A stretch of DNA of 51,797 bases, filler included, from Piptocephalis cylindrospora (lineage: Eukaryota), in assembly GCA_003614145.1 (NCBI GenBank). It is 2 parts of 2 records of this genome, joined end to end, with 100 filler letters (N's around TTAATTAATTAA, not from the genome) between each part and the next. Parts side by side here need not be neighbours in the genome. Positions count along the whole stretch, not along the records: positions 25,967 to 51,797 come from KZ987775.1; 1 more part is not named here. One strand, 5' to 3'. The translations under genes and the position numbers were made by a program. The first letter of the stretch is position 1. Each line of letters opens with the position of its first letter. This document shows positions 47,701 to 51,797 of the stretch, piece after piece. Under the pieces are notes generated by a model that saw only the letters and a list, made by a program, of their open reading frames with translations, had not been told where the DNA came from and made no database searches.

Positions 47701-49594
47701 TGGGATCGATTGTGTCCAGAAGGAGAGAAGGCGAGGATGGGAGGCGGAGGCTGGAGAGGAGATGAGTCCATTAGAGAATCAGACCCACCAAAGATGTCCT
47801 TGGTGGGAGAGGCGAGACGAGAGGGCTTTCCAGGAACTCCTGCATCCTCCAGGCTGATATGACCCTTTTCGATGAGGGAAGCCCTTCGGGCCCTTTGAAT
47901 GATCTCGGATATCCTGGGGGAGGTGGGTTGTTTGGGCTCGGAGGATCTTGAATCCTCTGATCCACTCTGAGATTCCCAGACCTCATTCCTATCTCTTGCA
48001 CTATCTCTGTCCTTTTCCCGTTGTCTTTCTCTGTCTCTGTCTCGGTCCTTCCCCCAATTTCTTTCTCGTTCTCGTTCTCGCTCTCGCCCCTGCTCATTAT
48101 CCCGGCCCTCATCTCGGGCCCTTCGTCTTTCTTTATCGCGGCTTTGTTGTGACTCTTGATTCCTCGCTCGATCTCGGTTCCAGTTGAATTCCCGGCGAGG
48201 TGGACCACCATCCCTTTCCTCATCAGCTTCTTGATCCTCCCGAGCGGCAGAGAGGGTACGAAGATGACCAAACCTAGGTTTCTCCATAATCCTGGACTTT
48301 TCTCCAGACATACCATTACCTCCACTACCGGTGCGATTATGAGTTCGTTGAGTGGTAGATCTTAAGTCTTGATCCTTACTGGACGGCATATCCCGTTCCT
48401 GATCTCGATACCTCTCCTGATCCCTCTCTCTTGCCTGATCACGCCCTCTATCCCTGCCACGGTCCCTTTCACCATCACTTTCCCGGCCACGGTCGCTGTC
48501 ATGGTTTCTTTCTCGCTCCCAAGTAGGTTTTCTCGTGGTTTCCCCCCTTTCGGTTCTCTTTATATCTCCGCCGGAGTCACTATTTGCATCGCTGACCTTG
48601 CGGAAGTATTGGGACCGATGACGGAACCTCTCTACTGACTCCTCATCTTCACCGGTGATGGAATGGGATCGACTATTGGACCGAGACCTGGAGGGATCTT
48701 CACGGCTGTCGGTGGAGGGATTTGCCTCCAACTTCTCCCGCTCCTTCCACTTTTCTCTCAGTTGACTCACCCTTCCAAGGCCGCCCGGACGATAAGGTGA
48801 AGGGGTTCGGGAGGGGGCGAGGCTCTCTCGTCCTTGAGATTTGGATCGTAGGTGTCCAGAGGAAGAGGAGGAGTTCGAAGAAACAGAATTGGAGCTCCCC
48901 CTCCCATGGTATTCTACCCCTCCATGTTCCTGAACCCTCTTGGAGGAGGACGGAGGGGACTGACGGGAATGACTGAACTCACCTCCGTGGGAGAAGTTAC
49001 GATGATGCATGGGCGAGCTCGTAGGGGATTGGGAGGTTATGGCGCCAGAAGAGGCCGAAGCTGATGGGGTGAGGACCGAGGAGAAGGATGAGAAGGAGGT
49101 GGAGGTAGAGAGGTCGCCGGGGCCATTTCCCCCACCCGAGGAATGTTTGCTTCCCGAGGCATGGGCTGTCATGGGAAGGTCCGGGACGGGGGGCTCATGA
49201 GAGAAGCCGGGACTTGGAAGGATGGAGTGGATGAACTTGTCGGTGTTGGACCGATTGAGCTTATCTGACCCACCCCTCTCGCCCCCCTCATACCCATCGC
49301 CATCACGTGTGTGGACGGCCTTTCGGGTAGCGGTGGTACGGTAGGTTCTGTAGGTGGTGAAGGAATCGGAAGAGGAAACCGAGTCGGCATCATCATTCAC
49401 CCCCTCATCATCACTTATCCTCCCCCTATTCCGTGACTGGGGATAGCCGGGTGAGGGATGGTGGGGCGAGAGATCATCATCATCGTCATCAAAGTGGTAC
49501 TGTACGGGAAGAGAGAGGTGAGTGTGAATGCTGATGGGCTAGGCTAGACTGAGCACAGATGGGAAAGATAGCCTACGGTGTTTTTGTACGACAT
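44784..49594 (-). CDS. Uds1 (up-regulated during septation) domain, long coiled-coil protein (exon 1 49577-49594; introns 49500-49576, 47438-47500)
   Basis: SFEILGMEEVEVVRK...LALESQIRAAAENLARL...ELWKL...KRLLQHTAAAL matches the Uds1 domain pattern. Disordered S/R/E/D-rich N-half and a long heptad C-half. Confidence 0.8.
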
Positions 49595-51797
49595 GCTGTA
49601 AAAAAATGCAGTGGAGAATTATGGGAAAGATAGCGGCTTGGGGGCGAGTCAGGGGAGGAGGCAATAGAGGCGGTCCCTGCGGTGCCTCCGAGGTAGCGTG
49701 GTGAGTGGCCGCGCGTGAAAGAGCGAGAAAAAGATGGAAGGAGTCCCTGTGGAGTGGGATGGTTCTGAGAAAGGATGAGAGAACAAGGGTGTGGAGGAGG
49801 AAGGAAGGAAGGAAGGAAAGAGGGGAAGAATGAATGAAGGAGCGGAGCGGTGTGGCGGGGGCGATGGAGAAGGGCTCTGAGTGTTGAGACGGGGAATGGG
49901 GTCGGACGAGGCCAGTGGCACGGGATGTGCTTGAGATGAGCCAGAGGCGGGAGTCGGGGGCGAGCCTCGTGGTGGATATCCGAACAGGGTGCATCATGAA
50001 GGGAATTGAGGGGGCCGAAGGGGAAGGGATCGCAGTCGGGTACTTGAGGTGGTGATGGAGAAGCGCTGTGTGGGGGGCGTCCGTGGTGATACCAGAAGAC
50101 GATGATCTCGAGGGCCCACAATAGTTGCTCTGGAGAGAGATATCTTTAGAAGAGAACTGCTCCGCTGGGAATCCCCGAAGCTATCCCAAGGTTCCTAAAA
50201 ATGTTAGGGATTTTGGGGGGGGGGGGGGGGTTTACGGGGGGGGGGATGGGACAAAAAAAACACCAAGGTTTAACCCCGTCGTCAAAATAGACGGGTGGGG
50301 GGGAGAAAAAGAAGCACTGTTTGCCCTAGAGCGGCTCCGCACTGGCAAGGGAAGTATTGCGGTCGCCTTGGTTCGGAGCTGAAAGTGTGGGAGAAGGGCA
50401 GAGGTGAAAAACTAGATATTGCGCTTTATTTAAGGGAATGGACAAATTTCGAGGAGGGTTGTTTAAGGACTGAATATCATGAGGCAGCAGGCAAGATGAG
50501 CTGGATAGTGATGGAGAGAGAGAGAAGAGGCGATGTATTGGCTATGGATAGTGATGGAACACGGTAGGAACTTACTGATATTTTTTGAAAAAATCCTTCA
50601 TGACAGTGTCACATTATCTAGTAAAGTGGCATTAGGTCGTTTCGTCAGGAAGATCATCATGGACCAAAATGTACATGGGAATCAAAAAGAACTAAAGAGT
50701 GAAAATCGGCTGAAATAGAAGGGCATTGGTATTTTTAGAAAGAATATACTGGTTGAAGGGGGAAAGTATTCTTCTTGGAAGCTTCATAATGGAGGATGAG
50801 TAATAGGCATAAAACCCATCTTCTTTTCCTTTTGGAATTGCGGAGTTTGCAACAAGTCCATAGTTCTGAGTATTGCGAGCAGCCTTGGCTGAATAGCCTA
50901 TAGCCATGTTCGGAACCTTGACATAGTTTACAGATGGATGGGTAAGGTATGTAGTGGGGATTTGATCCCTGGCACGACACGTACTAACTAAAAGGGTGAG
51001 CGATACATTGTTAGATTCTTCTTGATGTACTCCATAATAATAGACAGCACAATGGCTTTATCTTTATCATTATCTTGATATACATTGTGCTGCCAGGATA
51101 TATAATACTAACGAACTAGCAGACACTGTGTTCGGATGCCCATCTGCCTACCTCACTGGGGAAAATAACATGGTTTTATCATCATCATGTAATACTAACG
51201 TCGTTAATTAACCGCCCCAGAGCACAACCCTTCCCTGTCCATTATCCCTGACCAAGCAACAGTATGGCATGAAGGGGAGGGAGGGAGGTAAAGAGATATT
51301 TAACAATGCCATTGGGTACAAGCACCAGGCCATAGCTTGCAATGAAGTCCTTTTCATCCTATTCCCCAGTTCGACTGGACACTTGCATGTGGTCGGCGCG
51401 TCCGATCTCCAGCTTTCGCCCCCCTCCTTCTCAGATTCCCATTCCATCTCCGCTTCTCAGCTGCTCGTCCATAGTGGTGCGCACACACAGGCACACAGAG
51501 ACGACTTTGCTCAAGGCGTGGCCCTTCCCATTCCTCCGCGCACCACGTCCTTTTGGGTCCAGGCGTACAAGTGCATCTTCCCGCAGACATGAACATCTTC
51601 TCTCCTCCCTTCTCTTCTTCTTCCTCTCCTTGTGCATCTCTGCCTTTGCCCCTCTTACTACATATCCTGCTCCTCTTCCACCTCATCGCCCTTCCCTTTT
51701 CCTCCCTCCCCGCCCTTCCCCCCTTTCCCAATGTCCTCAGATACTGGGACGATCGCACTCATCCCCACAACATCGGCCACATCCTGCTGGGCCAGCT

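Noticed and set aside
51115..51190. C-box-like ATGATGA on the minus strand suggesting a C/D snoRNA
   Set aside because: It is part of an (ATG)n microsatellite, with no properly placed CTGA D box or terminal stem.
51589..51797. Possible start of a plus-strand gene at the window end (ATG at 51589 or 51731)
   Set aside because: Too short and low-complexity to support a call.

Overview
Compact, intron-containing eukaryotic DNA from a fungus. Short GT-AG introns of about 60-110 nt, an alpha-aminoadipate pathway homoaconitase, and PDR-type ABC and Uds1 genes suggest an early-diverging, possibly Zoopagomycota-like lineage (inference only). The window is two contigs joined by an artificial 100-nt N/TTAATTAATTAA/N spacer at 25867-25966. 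Left contig: Hsp104, a TTC36-like TPR protein, two small ORFs, LYS4, an MFS transporter, VPS68, a Ste13/Dap2-type dipeptidyl aminopeptidase, a PPR-like protein, a MATA-type HMG-box gene, and an RNase MRP RNA gene (minus, ~24740-25385) that the ORF track misses. That RNA is unusually long (~645 nt), with an extended P3 and a duplicated P8-like hairpin. Right contig: GlcNAc-6-P deacetylase (5' truncated), a hexokinase-fold protein lacking its catalytic motifs and carrying a ~345-aa acidic insertion, CK2 beta, verprolin/WIP, a membrane-anchored GT5 (starch/GlgA-like) glycosyltransferase, a secreted ricin-B-like protein, a PDR ABC transporter and a Uds1 coiled-coil protein. Three genes change frame inside G/C homopolymers. 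All calls come from manual motif recognition; no searches were run.
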